A stretch of DNA of 64,000 nucleotides from the NCBI GenBank assembly GCA_041396885.1, contig JAWKXS010000006.1:60655-124654 (forward strand), in the 5' to 3' direction. Below, one piece after another: positions 7,207 through 21,051 of this stretch. Both the position numbers and the translations under genes were made by a program. The notes below the pieces were generated by a model, which saw nothing but the letters and a program-made list of their open reading frames with translations, had not been told where the DNA came from and searched no databases. The stretch is from Blastomonas sp. (GTDB lineage: Bacteria; Pseudomonadota; Alphaproteobacteria; Sphingomonadales; Sphingomonadaceae). The first letter of the stretch is position 1, and each line of letters begins with the position of its first letter.

Positions 7207-8079
7207 TCATTTGCGGGCCGGATAAAGCTGATCGGGTCCGGGGAAAGTGCGCGCGCGCACCTCTGTCGCATAATCGACAACAGCCTTTTCAATGGTTTCG
7301 GCCAGCGCTTCATAGCGCTTCACGAACCGCGGCACCCGCTCGAACATGCCCAGCAGATCCTCGGTCACCAGAACCTGGCCGTCGCACTGCGCTGAAGCAC
7401 CGATGCCGATAGTCGGACAGCCAACCGCCCCGGTAATGGCAATGGCGATTTCCTCCACCACCCCCTCGATCACGATGGCAAAGGCACCCGCCTCATCCAG
7501 AGCGACTGCATCGCTCCGGATTTTCGCCGCCTCGGCATCGCTGCGCCCCCGCGCCGCATAGCCGCCCAGCGCGTTGACCGCCTGGGGGGTCAGGCCGACA
7601 TGCCCCATGACCGGAATGCCGCGCTCGGACAGGAATCTGACGGTTGGCGCCATCGCCTGACCACCCTCCAGCTTCACCGCAGCGGCACCCGTCTCCTTCA
7701 GGATGCGCGATGCGCTCGCAAATGCCAGTTCGGGCGATGCCTCATAGCTGCCGAACGGCATATCGACCACGACAACGCTGTGATAGCTGCCCCGGACCAC
7801 CGCTGCGCCATGCGCGCACATCATCTCCAGCGTCACCGGAATGGTCGATGGCAGGCCATAGATGACCTGGCCCAGCGAATCGCCGACCAGCAGGACATCG
7901 CAATGCGGATCGAGAATCTGTGCCTGTCGCGCGGTATAGGCGGTCAGCATCACAATCGGCTCGGCCGTCTTGCCGTCCTCCTTGCGCCGCCGGATGGCCG
8001 GTGCGGTAAGACGCTTCATCGGTGCCGGTGTCGGATTTGCGCGGCTGGTCGATGTATCGAGCGTAAAGGTCGTGGACAT
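7207..8079 (-). CDS. panB: 3-methyl-2-oxobutanoate hydroxymethyltransferase
   Basis: Motifs are [29 protein letters not shown] and KLEGG. I trimmed the start to MSTTFTL (ATG at 8079). Confidence 0.9.
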   Translation of the reverse strand: MSTTFTLDTSTSRANPTPAPMKRLTAPAIRRRKEDGKTAEPIVMLTAYTARQAQILDPHCDVLLVGDSLGQVIYGLPSTIPVTLEMMCAHGAAVVRGSYHSVVVVDMPFGSYEASPELAFASASRILKETGAAAVKLEGGQAMAPTVRFLSERGIPVMGHVGLTPQAVNALGGYAARGRSDAEAAKIRSDAVALDEAGAFAIVIEGVVEEIAIAITGAVGCPTIGIGASAQCDGQVLVTEDLLGMFERVPRFVKRYEALAETIEKAVVDYATEVRARTFPGPDQLYPARK

Positions 8080-8187
8080 GATTTCCCCAAATAATCTGCT
8101 GCACGGCGCGCTTGCAACGCCATGCATTTTCGTGCGTAAACAATGCTGACAACAGCATAGCCCCCCAATCCGACAGGCAAAGCGCAA

Positions 8188-9255
8188 ATGTTGCGGACGA
8201 TTATCCTTGCAGGCGTGTTACTGCTTGCCGCCATCACCCTGGCGAGCATGATCCCCAGCTATCGCTGGTGGCTGCGCATATGGGATTTTCCGAGACTGGC
8301 CGTCTTGGCGCTGGCCGCTGTCCTGCTGGTTGCATCGCTGGCCAGCCTCAGCGGACACAGCCGCCTGCTTGCCGCGCTGGCCATGGCGGCGGTGGTCCTG
8401 TGGCAGGGCTGGCGAATATATCCCTATACTCCGCTCGCCAGCAGCGAAGTTGCCATTGCGCTGCCCGACCGGACCAACTGCATCAAGGCGATGTCTTTCA
8501 ATGTCCTGCAGACCAATCGCAATTTCGATGCGACGATACGCGCCATCGAGGCTGAGAATCCGGACATATTGCTGTTGCTGGAAACCGACAGCAAATGGAC
8601 CGAAGCGCTCGAACCCGTCACGTCACGCTATCCACACCGTCTGCTCGCACCGCTGGACAATCTCTATGGCCTCGCCTTTTACACACGGCTGGATATGGCG
8701 GCTGGCGAGGTGCGTTACCTTGTCGATGATGAAACGCCGTCGGTCGCGGCCGAACTTAGCACAGGCGGCAGCGCGCAATTTCTGTTTCTCGGCCTTCATC
8801 CGCGTCCACCGCGACCGGGGGAGGACACGGAGCAGCGCGATGCGGAAATCGCGATAGCCGCGCGCCAGGCCGCGCGCCAGCCGCAGCCGGTGCTGGCCAT
8901 GGGCGATTTCAACGATGTCGCATGGTCACGCACCTCGCGCCTGTTCAAGCGGATTGGCGGCTATGTCGACCCGCGCATCGGACGCGGCTTCTATGCGACC
9001 TTTCCGGCCCGGCTGCCGGTCTTTCGCTGGCCGCTCGATCATCTGTTCATGACACCTGATTTCACGGTCGCCGAAATGAGAGTCATGGAAAATCTGGGTT
9101 CCGACCATCTGCCAGTCGTGGCAACGCTCTGCCTTGCACCGAAAGTTGCCAAGGTACTCAACGACGCGCCGCCTGCGCCGAACGCCAGCGATGTTCAGGA
9201 AATGCGCGAGACAATCGCCGACGGCAAAGCCAGCGCCCGGGATGACAAGGATTAG
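8188..9255 (+). CDS. Endonuclease/exonuclease/phosphatase (EEP) family membrane protein
   Basis: It has N-terminal TM helices and the motifs [17 protein letters not shown] and GSDHLP. Confidence 0.8.
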   Translation: MLRTIILAGVLLLAAITLASMIPSYRWWLRIWDFPRLAVLALAAVLLVASLASLSGHSRLLAALAMAAVVLWQGWRIYPYTPLASSEVAIALPDRTNCIKAMSFNVLQTNRNFDATIRAIEAENPDILLLLETDSKWTEALEPVTSRYPHRLLAPLDNLYGLAFYTRLDMAAGEVRYLVDDETPSVAAELSTGGSAQFLFLGLHPRPPRPGEDTEQRDAEIAIAARQAARQPQPVLAMGDFNDVAWSRTSRLFKRIGGYVDPRIGRGFYATFPARLPVFRWPLDHLFMTPDFTVAEMRVMENLGSDHLPVVATLCLAPKVAKVLNDAPPAPNASDVQEMRETIADGKASARDDKD

Positions 9256-9271
9256 CTAAACGCCCGTCGCA

Positions 9272-10354
9272 CTATTGGCCGTCAAGCGCCGCGACGGTCT
9301 CGGCCACATTGTCCGAAATCAGGCCATCAACCCCGGCGGCGACAAAGGCCGCAACCTCTCCAGCAAGGTCGCCCGTGCCATTCGCGGCAGCGCCCATGCG
9401 GAAATTGCGCGGCAGATAGCGGTTTTCCCGCCGCAGCGTCCAGATATGCACCTCCAGCCCCAGCGCATGCGCGCGCTCGACCAGTTGCGTGGGCGCACCC
9501 AGATTGCCCTCGTCATCCAGCGCAATCACCAGCGGCTTTTCCGCGCCTATGGCATCGGCATAGCTGGCAATCTCGGCAATGCCCTCCGCGCTGGACACGT
9601 CCGCCCTTGGTCCAGCGGTCGCGCCCCTGGGCACAGCGGCAAGCTGCAACAGGCGCAGCTTTGTCTGGCTGCGGAGCGCCTTCAGATTGGCGATCTCGAA
9701 ACTCTGGATGAACACCGGATCATCGCGGTCCTCATAGCCTGCTTCTTCGCGCAAAATGCGCAGCAATTCGCCCTCAAGCGGCATGCCGATCGATTCGAAA
9801 TAGGATGGATGCTTGGTTTCCGGATAAATGCCGATCACCCTGCCCGTCTCGACCTGCTTCGCCTTGACCAGCTGGATCACCTCCGAAAAGGTGGCAATGG
9901 GATAGAGATCATCGAACGCCATGGCCAGTGGCCGGAATGCTCCCATGGGCTCGCGGGCGCGCAGGGTCTTCAGCTCGGCTAGGGTGAAATCCTCGCTGAA
10001 CCAGCCAGTGACATCCTTGCCATCAATGGTCTTGGTTACCTTGCGGTCGTCAAATTCGGGATGATCGGCAATATCGGTCGTGCCCGACAATTCATGCTCG
10101 TGGCGAACGATGAGAACTCCGTCCCGGGAGATGACCAGATCGGGCTCCACATAATCGGCGCCTTCGTCAATCGCGACCTCATAGGCGGCAAGGGTATGTT
10201 CGGGCCTTGCCCCGCTGGCCCCGCGATGGGCGATGACGAGCGGCCGCCGGGCCTCAGCGCCGGTTTCATGCGCAAGGGCGGGCACCGGCATCAGTGCAGC
10301 GCTGATGATCAGCCCAAATACGGTCAGTCCAGTCCGCAACAGCATTGCACGCAT
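9272..10354 (-). CDS. Glycerophosphodiester phosphodiesterase, periplasmic GlpQ-like
   Basis: It has a signal peptide and the motif VIAHRGASGARPEHTLAAYEVAIDEGADYVEPDLV. Confidence 0.85.
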   Translation of the reverse strand: MRAMLLRTGLTVFGLIISAALMPVPALAHETGAEARRPLVIAHRGASGARPEHTLAAYEVAIDEGADYVEPDLVISRDGVLIVRHEHELSGTTDIADHPEFDDRKVTKTIDGKDVTGWFSEDFTLAELKTLRAREPMGAFRPLAMAFDDLYPIATFSEVIQLVKAKQVETGRVIGIYPETKHPSYFESIGMPLEGELLRILREEAGYEDRDDPVFIQSFEIANLKALRSQTKLRLLQLAAVPRGATAGPRADVSSAEGIAEIASYADAIGAEKPLVIALDDEGNLGAPTQLVERAHALGLEVHIWTLRRENRYLPRNFRMGAAANGTGDLAGEVAAFVAAGVDGLISDNVAETVAALDGQ

Positions 10355-10454
10355 CCCCTCATATCCTTACAAGATGAGTGGTATATCATTGAATCGCATC
10401 TGTCATTGGCAGATCACAATGCCAGGCGCTCAAATCTGATCAGCGCGTGACCCG

Positions 10455-10799
10455 TCAGTCGAGCAATGCCTCATATTCGGACGCCTTGAAGCCGACATGC
10501 ACCATGCCGTCATGCTCCAGCACGGGGCGCTTTATCATCGACGGGTTTTCCAGCATCAGCATGATCGCCTTGCCTTCATCGATATTCTGCTTGTCGGCAT
10601 CGGGGAGTTTCTTGAAGGTGGTTCCGCCCTTGTTGAGCAGCTTCTCCCAGCCCAGCTCGGCGCTCCACTCCTGCAATTTGTCGCCGGTAATGCCGGCCTT
10701 TTTATAGTCGTGAAACTGATAGGAGGCGCCGCGCCCTTCCAACCATTTCCGGGCCTTTTTGATCGTGTCGCAATTGGCAATGCCGTACAGGGTCGTCAT
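10455..10799 (-). CDS. ArsC/Spx-family reductase, YffB-like
   Basis: 114 aa with LYGIANCDTIKKARKWL and MIKRPVL. Confidence 0.8.
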   Translation of the reverse strand: MTTLYGIANCDTIKKARKWLEGRGASYQFHDYKKAGITGDKLQEWSAELGWEKLLNKGGTTFKKLPDADKQNIDEGKAIMLMLENPSMIKRPVLEHDGMVHVGFKASEYEALLD

Positions 10800-10859
10800 G
10801 TCATTTCCTGAAAATTGAGGGTGTAGCGTAGGGTTTGCGCGAAAGCGCCCGGGCTATGA

Positions 10860-12425
10860 TCATTCCCACTCGATGGTGCCGGGCGGCTTGCTCGTATAAT
10901 CATAGACGACGCGGTTGATGCCCTTGACCTCATTGACGATCCGGGTGGCCGTCTGGGTCAGGAAAGCGGCATCAAAGGGATAGACGTCCGCCGTCATGCC
11001 ATCGGTGCTGGTCACGGCGCGCAATCCGCACACACTGTCATAGGTGCGGCCATCGCCCATCACGCCGACCGTCTTGACCGGCAGCAGTACTGCAAAGGCC
11101 TGCCATATCGCATCATACAGACCAGCATTTCTGATCTCTTCCAGATAGATGGCATCGGCTTTTCGCAATATGTCGCACCGTTCCTTGGAGACTTCGCCAG
11201 GGATGCGGATTGCCAGGCCAGGCCCTGGAAAGGGATGTCGGCCAACGAAGATATCCGGCAGGCCCAGCTCCCGGCCCAGATCGCGGACCTCATCCTTGAA
11301 CAGTTCGCGCAGCGGCTCGACAAGCTTCATGTTCATCCGCTCGGGCAGGCCACCGACATTGTGATGACTCTTGATCGTCACGCTCGGCCCGCCGGTAAAG
11401 GACACGCTCTCGATGACATCGGGATAGAGCGTTCCCTGCGCCAGAAAGGCGGCTCCGCCTATCTTCCTCGCCTCATCCTCGAACACATCGATGAAGGTCT
11501 TGCCGATGAATTTGCGCTTCTGCTCCGGATCGGTGACGCCTTTCAGCCCGCCCAGGAACAGTGTTTCCGCCTTCACATGCACCAGCGGGATATTATAGCT
11601 GCCCCGGAACAGGCTGACCACCTGATCGGCCTCGCCCTCGCGCATCAGGCCATGGTCCACGAACACACAGGTCAGCTGATCGCCGATCGCCTCATGGATA
11701 AGAACCGCCGCGACGGCGCTGTCGACGCCGCCGGAAAGACCGCAAATCACCTTGCCATCGCCGACCTGCTCGCGAATCTCGGCAATCTTGGTCGCCTTGA
11801 ACTCGGCCATGGTCCAGTCACCCGCACAGCCACATACATGACGCACAAAATTGGCGATCAGCCGCGCACCGTCGGGCGTGTGGACCACTTCGGGATGAAA
11901 CTGCATGGCGTAGATGCAGCGCTCGTCATCGGCGATCACCGCATAGGGTGCTCCAGGCGAGGTCGCGACCACCCGAAAGCCGGGCGCCAGTTCGGAAACC
12001 TTGTCGCCATGGCTCATCCAGACCTGATGGCGCTCATTTTCTTTCCATAATCCGTCGAACAGGCGACAGCGATCATCAATCTCGATAAAGGCGCGGCCAA
12101 ATTCGCCGCCGCCATCTCCGCCGCTTTCGACGCGACCGCCCAGCTGTTCCATCAGCACCTGCTGGCCATAGCAGATGCCGAGGATCGGCAGGCCGCTTTC
12201 GAGGATCTCCAGCGGTGCGCGCGGACTATCCTCATGCGTCACCGAGGCCGGGCTGCCCGAAAGGATGATCCCTTTCGGCTTCATCCGCCCAAAGGCTTCG
12301 AGTGCGGTGCTGAACGGGGCGATCTCGCTGTAAACGCCCGCCTCGCGGACACGGCGGGCAATAAGCTGCGTCACCTGGCTGCCGAAATCGACAATCAGGA
12401 TGGATTCGGATGGCTGGATGGTCAT
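10860..12425 (-). CDS. guaA: GMP synthase (glutamine-hydrolysing)
   Basis: It has a GATase domain (GICYGQQ) and an ATP-PPase domain (SGGVDSAV), and the C-terminus is PPGTIEWE. I trimmed the start to MTIQPS. Confidence 0.95.
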   Translation of the reverse strand: MTIQPSESILIVDFGSQVTQLIARRVREAGVYSEIAPFSTALEAFGRMKPKGIILSGSPASVTHEDSPRAPLEILESGLPILGICYGQQVLMEQLGGRVESGGDGGGEFGRAFIEIDDRCRLFDGLWKENERHQVWMSHGDKVSELAPGFRVVATSPGAPYAVIADDERCIYAMQFHPEVVHTPDGARLIANFVRHVCGCAGDWTMAEFKATKIAEIREQVGDGKVICGLSGGVDSAVAAVLIHEAIGDQLTCVFVDHGLMREGEADQVVSLFRGSYNIPLVHVKAETLFLGGLKGVTDPEQKRKFIGKTFIDVFEDEARKIGGAAFLAQGTLYPDVIESVSFTGGPSVTIKSHHNVGGLPERMNMKLVEPLRELFKDEVRDLGRELGLPDIFVGRHPFPGPGLAIRIPGEVSKERCDILRKADAIYLEEIRNAGLYDAIWQAFAVLLPVKTVGVMGDGRTYDSVCGLRAVTSTDGMTADVYPFDAAFLTQTATRIVNEVKGINRVVYDYTSKPPGTIEWE

Positions 12426-12498
12426 GGCGGCTGAATAGTTGCGCACCCGGCATGAGTCCAGCCGCTTGCCCGCATTGAATTGCGGAAAACCGGCGCGA

Positions 12499-14058
12499 TC
12501 AGCCGGTGCCGAGCATCGCCCTCAGCTCGGTTTTCAGCACCTTGCCGATATGGCTGCGCGGCAATTCATCAATTGCCCGGATTTCCGCCAGCCGCTGGGT
12601 CTTGCCCAGTTCGGAATTGACCCGCTGGCGCAGCGCCTCGCAATCCAGCGCCTGTCCGGGCGCGCCCACCACAAATGCCACCGGGGTCTCGCCCCATTGT
12701 TCAGACGCCATGCCGACCACAGCAGCGTCTGCCACCTCGGGTTCGGCCATCAGCGCATCTTCCAGGTCCTTGGGATAGATGTTGAAACCGCCCGAAATGA
12801 TCATGTCCTTGGCGCGCCCGACAATGGCCACGAACCCGTCTTCATCGACGATGCCGATGTCGCCCATCCGGTACCAGAGGCCGCCTTCGCTGTCATACCA
12901 GTGCATCTCGCGGGTCTTGTCGGGCTGGTTCTGATAGCCCGACATCATCGTGCCGGAACGGCCGACGAGCTCGCCCTTGGAACCGGGCGGAAGCTCCCTG
13001 CCATCCTCATCGATCACCCGCACCTCATGGCCGGTTGCCGGACGACCCACGGTATGCAGCTTGTCAGGAAACTGATGGGCCAGCAGCATGCAGGCGACCC
13101 CGCCCTCGGTCATGCCGTAAATCTCAACAAGGCCGCCGGGAAACCGCTTTAGCGCCTCGGCCTTCAGCTCGGCACTGAAAGGTGCGCTGGTGCAGAATTT
13201 GAGCTGCATCGATGACAGGTCATGCGCATCGAAATCGGGATGGTTGAGCAGCCGCTGATACTGGACGGGAACCAGCATGGTGTGGGTTGCACGCATCGCC
13301 TCCGCCAGATCGAGCCAGCGCGTCGCATCGAACTTGCCCATCAGCCGGACCATGCCGCCATTGACGATGGTCGGCAGGAAACAGGCCAGCGTGGTATTGG
13401 AATAGAGCGGGGTCGAGAGGATCGAGCGGCTGTCGGGCGAATAGATGGACTGAAAGCCCAGTACCGATTGCCGCCAGCGCATGGCATGCGAATGGACGAT
13501 CCCCTTGGGCGTGCCCGTCGTGCCGCTGGAATAGATGATGTTGAACGGATCGCGGGGTTCGGGCGCCGGAACGTCAGGACTGGAGCCTGGCGGCGCCATC
13601 CAGTCGCCCAGCGCCGGTGCATCGCCGTCCGCGCCATCCAGCATCACTGTCCTGAGCGGCGGGATCGCAATCCCGCTCTCGACAAGCTCATCACGCTTGG
13701 GCTTGTCGATGAACAGATGGATCGCACCGCTATCCGCCATCATATTCGCAAGCTGCCGCGGCGTGGCACTGGTGGTGAGCGGCGCGGCACATCCGCCGGC
13801 CCGAATGGCGGCAAGATAGACGAGTGCATAGGCGATGCCCGTTGTTCCCAGGATCGCAACCGCCTGCCCCCGCTGCAGGCCGTCGGCGAGCAGCTGCACC
13901 GCGATGCGGTCGACCTGGTCAACCATTTCGCGCCGGGTCAGCGAACCATGATCGTCCTCCAGCGCCGCCGCATCCGGTCGCCTTTCGGCCCAGGCGGCAA
14001 CCAGACCCGGCCAGTTGCCAAATTCCTTTACGACTTCCGCTTCGATATCCATGCCCAT
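12499..14058 (-). CDS. AMP-dependent acyl-CoA synthetase/ligase
   Basis: AMP-binding motifs [17 protein letters not shown] and GDIG are present. Confidence 0.85.
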   Translation of the reverse strand: MGMDIEAEVVKEFGNWPGLVAAWAERRPDAAALEDDHGSLTRREMVDQVDRIAVQLLADGLQRGQAVAILGTTGIAYALVYLAAIRAGGCAAPLTTSATPRQLANMMADSGAIHLFIDKPKRDELVESGIAIPPLRTVMLDGADGDAPALGDWMAPPGSSPDVPAPEPRDPFNIIYSSGTTGTPKGIVHSHAMRWRQSVLGFQSIYSPDSRSILSTPLYSNTTLACFLPTIVNGGMVRLMGKFDATRWLDLAEAMRATHTMLVPVQYQRLLNHPDFDAHDLSSMQLKFCTSAPFSAELKAEALKRFPGGLVEIYGMTEGGVACMLLAHQFPDKLHTVGRPATGHEVRVIDEDGRELPPGSKGELVGRSGTMMSGYQNQPDKTREMHWYDSEGGLWYRMGDIGIVDEDGFVAIVGRAKDMIISGGFNIYPKDLEDALMAEPEVADAAVVGMASEQWGETPVAFVVGAPGQALDCEALRQRVNSELGKTQRLAEIRAIDELPRSHIGKVLKTELRAMLGTG

Positions 14059-14149
14059 CCTCTAATATTCCTGTTTTCAATCAGACCGCTAATCGAAACC
14101 AATGGGCCGGGCAATGCCCTCTGCCAGCAACTTGAAGATGCAGGGAGAA

Positions 14150-14647
14150 TCAGCCGGCGATGAGCTGAACGAAATTGCTCTCTACCCAGCCGCTGGTGCA
14201 CGGTCCGTCATAGGAACGCTTGCTGCGAACCGGAGAAGATACGCCGCAATCGACCGGCGGCGGCGCCTCTTGCGATCCATCGGCTTCCGCGACGGATTCA
14301 GATTCGAGCACTACACCCAGCCATTGCTGGTCAATGCTGCGCGTGCAGATCCACAACCGGTCGCCTTCGGCCAGATTGGCAATCGATGCGGCGCGATCAT
14401 CGGGCGCGTCATGCAGATCGAGTGTCCGACCGCCAAGGCCGCGAATGCGGCCGACCGCCTGGCATGCATCGAAGCGCGGACCGCCTTCGCCTATCCGCAC
14501 GGGCCGGGCACCGATGGCATCATCGGGCGCGCCCAGACGTTCCCCGGCAGGTTCGGCAGCGGGCGAATCCTCGGTAATCCGCTCCCCTTCTCCACAGGCA
14601 GCGAGAGCCAGCGACAGGATGGCAACGGGCAATGTCATGCGCTTCAT
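14150..14647 (-). CDS. Lipoprotein of unknown function
   Basis: It has a signal peptide with the lipobox LALAAC. Confidence 0.6.
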   Translation of the reverse strand: MKRMTLPVAILSLALAACGEGERITEDSPAAEPAGERLGAPDDAIGARPVRIGEGGPRFDACQAVGRIRGLGGRTLDLHDAPDDRAASIANLAEGDRLWICTRSIDQQWLGVVLESESVAEADGSQEAPPPVDCGVSSPVRSKRSYDGPCTSGWVESNFVQLIAG

Positions 14648-14761
14648 GACCGCAAGTATAGGGCACGCGACCGGGCGATCAAGGCGGCTCGCCCTGCAAC
14701 CGGCAAGACTGGTGCGAAACGGCGCTGTCAGCCTGCCGCGGAATATCGCATAAGCAACTGA

Positions 14762-17332
<2,571 letters not shown>

Positions 17333-17352
17333 TCGGCAACGCTAGCGCGAGC

Positions 17353-17823
17353 ATGAAACCGATCCACCTGCTCTACCGGATCGCGCAAAATCTGCGGATG
17401 CTGTGGTGGCGCATCGCCAGGCCGACAGTGCATGGCGTCAAGATCATCGCGCTCCGCAATCGCCGTGAAGTCCTGCTGGTGCGGCACAGCTACCAGTCGC
17501 CCGACACCTTCATGCTGCCCGGTGGCGGCATTGCGAAGGGCGAGGATGGCGCCATCGCGGCTGCGCGCGAACTGATCGAGGAAACCGGCTGCCGGATTGA
17601 CGATCTGGCGCTGCACGGCCAGTTTCTCGATACCTCGAAAGGCGCGCAGAGCCATATCGCCGTCTATATCGGTGCAACCCGCGACGAACCGCGATGCGAC
17701 GGACGAGAGATCATTGATGCGCGATTCTTCCCGCTCGATGCCCTGCCGGAAAAGGTCAGCGCGCCCAGCGCCCGACGCATTGCGGAAATCGGAACCGGAA
17801 GCGGTTTCGGTCCGGACTGGTAA
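17353..17823 (+). CDS. NUDIX hydrolase
   Basis: The Nudix box is GGGIAKGEDGAIAAARELIEETG. Only the last 156 codons of the listed 343-aa ORF are used, from the ATG at 17353. Confidence 0.8.
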   Translation: MKPIHLLYRIAQNLRMLWWRIARPTVHGVKIIALRNRREVLLVRHSYQSPDTFMLPGGGIAKGEDGAIAAARELIEETGCRIDDLALHGQFLDTSKGAQSHIAVYIGATRDEPRCDGREIIDARFFPLDALPEKVSAPSARRIAEIGTGSGFGPDW

Positions 17824-17830
17824 TCGGGGC

Positions 17831-17872
17831 TAGAGCGCGTTCGGTTTTGATTGAATCAAAACCTGCGCTCTA
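17831..17872. repeat. REP-like nested palindrome
   Basis: TAGAGCGC...GGTTTTGATT-G-AATCAAAACC...GCGCTCTA lies between convergent genes. Confidence 0.5.
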
Positions 17873-17901
17873 TGCTCTTGTTTTACCGTATTTTCCGAGT
17901 C

Positions 17902-17921
17902 GTCAGATGTATCCATCTGAC
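17902..17921. repeat. 8-bp stem hairpin GTCAGATG-tatc-CATCTGAC
   Basis: It is a perfect inverted repeat. Neither side has a convincing U-tract. Confidence 0.4.
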
Positions 17922-17944
17922 TTGAAAATACTCTAGGAAGCCGG

Positions 17945-18349
17945 TTATTGATAGGGTTCGATCATTGCGTCGATTTCGGCGGAATAGGTTTCTTCCAGAA
18001 CCGCGCAGGTCACCGCATCCTCGATAATGCGATTGGAAAATGCATCGGGATTGCTCTCTATATTCTCGATCAGCCCCAGCAACACGCCTGTTTCCGCTTC
18101 ATAAGAGGCTTCGGCGGCCTCCATATTGCCGCCCGCCAGCGCATAGGCATAAAGCAGCCAGTTGGTGCCCTTGGTCTCGAAATCCGCCGCTTCCTCCGGC
18201 GTATTGTCATCGGTTGCGCTCATCACCGTGTAAAAGCTCGCACAGCGAATGGCGGCATCATAATCGGGAGGGCTGTCATCCTGAGCCATTGCCGGTGCGG
18301 CAAGCATCAGGCCACCCAGCGCGGCAAGGAAAGTAATCGGCTTCAACAT
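17945..18349 (-). CDS. Secreted hypothetical protein
   Basis: It has the signal peptide MLKPITFLAALGGLMLAAPAMA. I recognise no domain. Confidence 0.55.
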   Translation of the reverse strand: MLKPITFLAALGGLMLAAPAMAQDDSPPDYDAAIRCASFYTVMSATDDNTPEEAADFETKGTNWLLYAYALAGGNMEAAEASYEAETGVLLGLIENIESNPDAFSNRIIEDAVTCAVLEETYSAEIDAMIEPYQ

Positions 18350-18486
18350 TGAAATTGGCTTTCACAAGAGGATCGCGGCCCGGCGTGTCGCAGGAATTGC
18401 AGCATCGCCTGCAAATTGCAATCGGGATTATCATGGGCGGAAGCCAGGGTCGCAGCGAATGCTGGCTCACAGATATTCAGGCAAGA

Positions 18487-19953
18487 CTACCACAGCGAAC
18501 GCGATGGATTTTTCGCCCGGGCAGCATGCTCCTCAATCTGTTTCGGAATAATGGCATCCAGAGTACCGCTATCGGCAAATTCGGCCAGTTCGGGAACTCT
18601 GCTGAACGCGATTTTGACACCCAGATAATTGAGATCCAGCCCGGCCTGTGATGCCAGACCGATTTTCTGGACTCCATAACGCTGGTTGAGGCCGTCTATA
18701 CGCCTCCACAATTCCGCCTCGCATCCATCCCGCATGTCGGCATCCGGTGCGATGAACAAATCCCGCTCTGGCGGCCCAGCCTGCAGATCGTGCAGATATA
18801 CCGTCACCGATTTGAAGGAAATGGCCGCTCCCCCTGCCATGGCCCGCTGTTTCCGAACCGCCTGCATGACATTTTGCCAGGCCTGATCCAGCGCATCGAG
18901 AAACCGCCAGCTGTTCTGAGAGTGCCTGAATGCCGTTTCAGCCTCACATCTGCCGGTCGGATAGAATCGCACCGATACGTTCATCCGCCCAGCATAAAGA
19001 CGGTAATAGCGCAGACGGCTCGCCGCCTTGAGCAGCAAGGCACGGGTTACGATACGCGCGCCCTGCGGCCTTCGATGAATGCCGGACAAGACCCTGCTAT
19101 GGCCAATCATGCGCTTGCGTGCTTCGGCCTGTTCGGGGATGTCATAGCCTTTGAGGCCATAGATGAAGCGTTCTCCATTCACCGAACCCCAGATGCTGCG
19201 CGCCTCTTTGGGCTGAAGCCTCCAAAGCGACAGGAAATCGGTGATCCCGGCCCTGTCGAGCCGCCGGGCAACGCCGCCGCCGATGCCAGGAATCGCCTGC
19301 AGCGGCAGGTCCCTGAGCAGATCGGGCAATTGCTCTCTGGTGATCGCCACCAGGCCATCGGGTTTTTCCATATCGCTGGCCAGTTTCGCAAGCAGGCTGC
19401 TAGGTGCAAGACCAATCGAACAGCGCAGGGCAGATCCTACATTATGCGCAATTCCCCGCTTGATTTCCTGCGCCTTGGCACGGGCAAGGATCATATCGGC
19501 TTCGCGCGGTTCGAGCCTGCAAACGCATTCGTCAATCGAGCATATTCTCGATATCGGCAGGTGCCTTTCGATTTCGCGCATCAATTCATGGTGAACGATT
19601 ACATACCGGTCATGTCTGGCGGGACGGACAGCAATGCCGGGGCATAGCTGTCGCGCTTCACGAACTGTTGTGCCGCGCCTTATGCCCAGCGCCTTGGCTT
19701 CATAGCTCGCTGCAATCGCCCCGCTATGTTCCGATTCCAGGGGTGTGACGATAACCGGCCTGCCGCGCAAAGCCGGATCGTCATGCTGCTCGACACTGGC
19801 AAAATAGGCATTGAAGTCGACAAACAGGTAGCGAAGTCCCTCAGCATCGGGAGAAAAACCCAATCCTTCACGATGATCCTCAATGTCCCGGAATGAATCG
19901 AGCATGAGAACATAATAAGAACATTTGAATTGATCCGCAAAGATTTCCTGCAA
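18487..19953 (-). CDS. Divergent Y-family DNA polymerase
   Basis: Motifs are LFVDFNAYFASVEQ, SIDECVCRLEP and a little-finger-like region. The start is ambiguous: a TTG at 19953 one nt after the dinB stop, or an ATG at 19905. Confidence 0.75.
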   Translation of the reverse strand: MQEIFADQFKCSYYVLMLDSFRDIEDHREGLGFSPDAEGLRYLFVDFNAYFASVEQHDDPALRGRPVIVTPLESEHSGAIAASYEAKALGIRRGTTVREARQLCPGIAVRPARHDRYVIVHHELMREIERHLPISRICSIDECVCRLEPREADMILARAKAQEIKRGIAHNVGSALRCSIGLAPSSLLAKLASDMEKPDGLVAITREQLPDLLRDLPLQAIPGIGGGVARRLDRAGITDFLSLWRLQPKEARSIWGSVNGERFIYGLKGYDIPEQAEARKRMIGHSRVLSGIHRRPQGARIVTRALLLKAASRLRYYRLYAGRMNVSVRFYPTGRCEAETAFRHSQNSWRFLDALDQAWQNVMQAVRKQRAMAGGAAISFKSVTVYLHDLQAGPPERDLFIAPDADMRDGCEAELWRRIDGLNQRYGVQKIGLASQAGLDLNYLGVKIAFSRVPELAEFADSGTLDAIIPKQIEEHAARAKNPSRSLW

Positions 19954-21051
19954 TCAGCCGTCGAAATCGAACGCGGTCTGCGCCGGTGCCGCCATGTCCC
20001 CGTCCCGCAAAGCCGATGTCTCCAGCGCGCCCTCAAGGCCGGAAAGCGTGAGACCCAGCAGCCTGATACCGTTCTCGACCGGCAATATCTGGTCGAGCAG
20101 TTCATGGCCAAGCTCCGCGAATTCCTCGCGTGTCTCGATCCAGTGGTCCATGGTCCGCGCCCGGGTGATGGTGCGAAAGTCGGCATAGCGGGCCTTGAGC
20201 GTGATCGTGCGGCCGCGCGTGCCGACACCGGCAATCCGCTCCCACGTCACATCAATGATATGTTCGATTGCCTCGCGCAGCTCAGTCTCGGTCCATTTGT
20301 CTTCGAAATAGGTGCGTTCCGCCCCGACCGACTTGCGGATGCGGTCGGGCCTGACCGGCCTGTCGTCCCGGCCACGCGCAGCACCATAGAGATAGGTGCC
20401 CCAGCTGCCGAAATGACCAGTCAGCCAGGCCTCGTCCTTCTCCACTAGATCCGCGCCGGTTTCGATGCCCAGCCGCGCCATTTTCTCGGCTGTGCGCGGC
20501 CCGACACCATGGAACCGGCGGACCGGCAGCGCCGCGACAAAGGCTGCGCCCTGATCGGGCAGGATGACGCACATGCCATCGGGCTTGTTCTGGTCGCTGG
20601 CAAGCTTTGCAATGAATTTGTTGTAGGAAACGCCGGCGCTGGCGGTCAGCCCGGTCTGGCTGTGAATATTGGCCCTGATGATCTCGGCAATGCGGGTTGC
20701 AGAGCCAATACCCTGCTTGTCGCGAGTCACATCAAGATAGGCCTCGTCCAGCGACAATGGCTCAACCAGATCGCTGTGCTGCGCGAATATCGCGCGGATC
20801 TGGCGCGAGACTTCGCGATACACCTCGAAACGCGGCTTGACGAAGATCAGGCCAGGGCACTGGCGCTGGGCAGTGATGGAGGGCATTGCCGAGCGCACCC
20901 CGAACACCCGCGCCTCATAGCTGGCCGCCGCCACCACGCCGCGACGGGACGATCCGCCCACCGCCACCGGCTTGCCGCGCAGTTCGGGATTGTCGCGCTG
21001 TTCGACGCTCGCAAAGAACGCATCCATATCGATATGGATGATCTTGCGCAT
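19954..21051 (-). CDS. dinB: DNA polymerase IV
   Basis: It has MRKIIHIDMDAFFASVEQRDNPELRGKPVAV and SLDEAYLDV. I trimmed the start to MRKII. Confidence 0.9.
   Translation of the reverse strand: MRKIIHIDMDAFFASVEQRDNPELRGKPVAVGGSSRRGVVAAASYEARVFGVRSAMPSITAQRQCPGLIFVKPRFEVYREVSRQIRAIFAQHSDLVEPLSLDEAYLDVTRDKQGIGSATRIAEIIRANIHSQTGLTASAGVSYNKFIAKLASDQNKPDGMCVILPDQGAAFVAALPVRRFHGVGPRTAEKMARLGIETGADLVEKDEAWLTGHFGSWGTYLYGAARGRDDRPVRPDRIRKSVGAERTYFEDKWTETELREAIEHIIDVTWERIAGVGTRGRTITLKARYADFRTITRARTMDHWIETREEFAELGHELLDQILPVENGIRLLGLTLSGLEGALETSALRDGDMAAPAQTAFDFDG

Noticed and set aside
8080-8187. N-terminal extensions of many listed ORFs. Affected genes are panB, guaA, dinB, hisE, sspB, the NSS transporter, three SDRs and three ACADs.
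   Set aside because: The extensions start at non-ATG or upstream codons and lack homology to the family N-termini. They often overlap neighbouring genes. Internal ATGs preceded by GGAG-like sequences match the known family starts.
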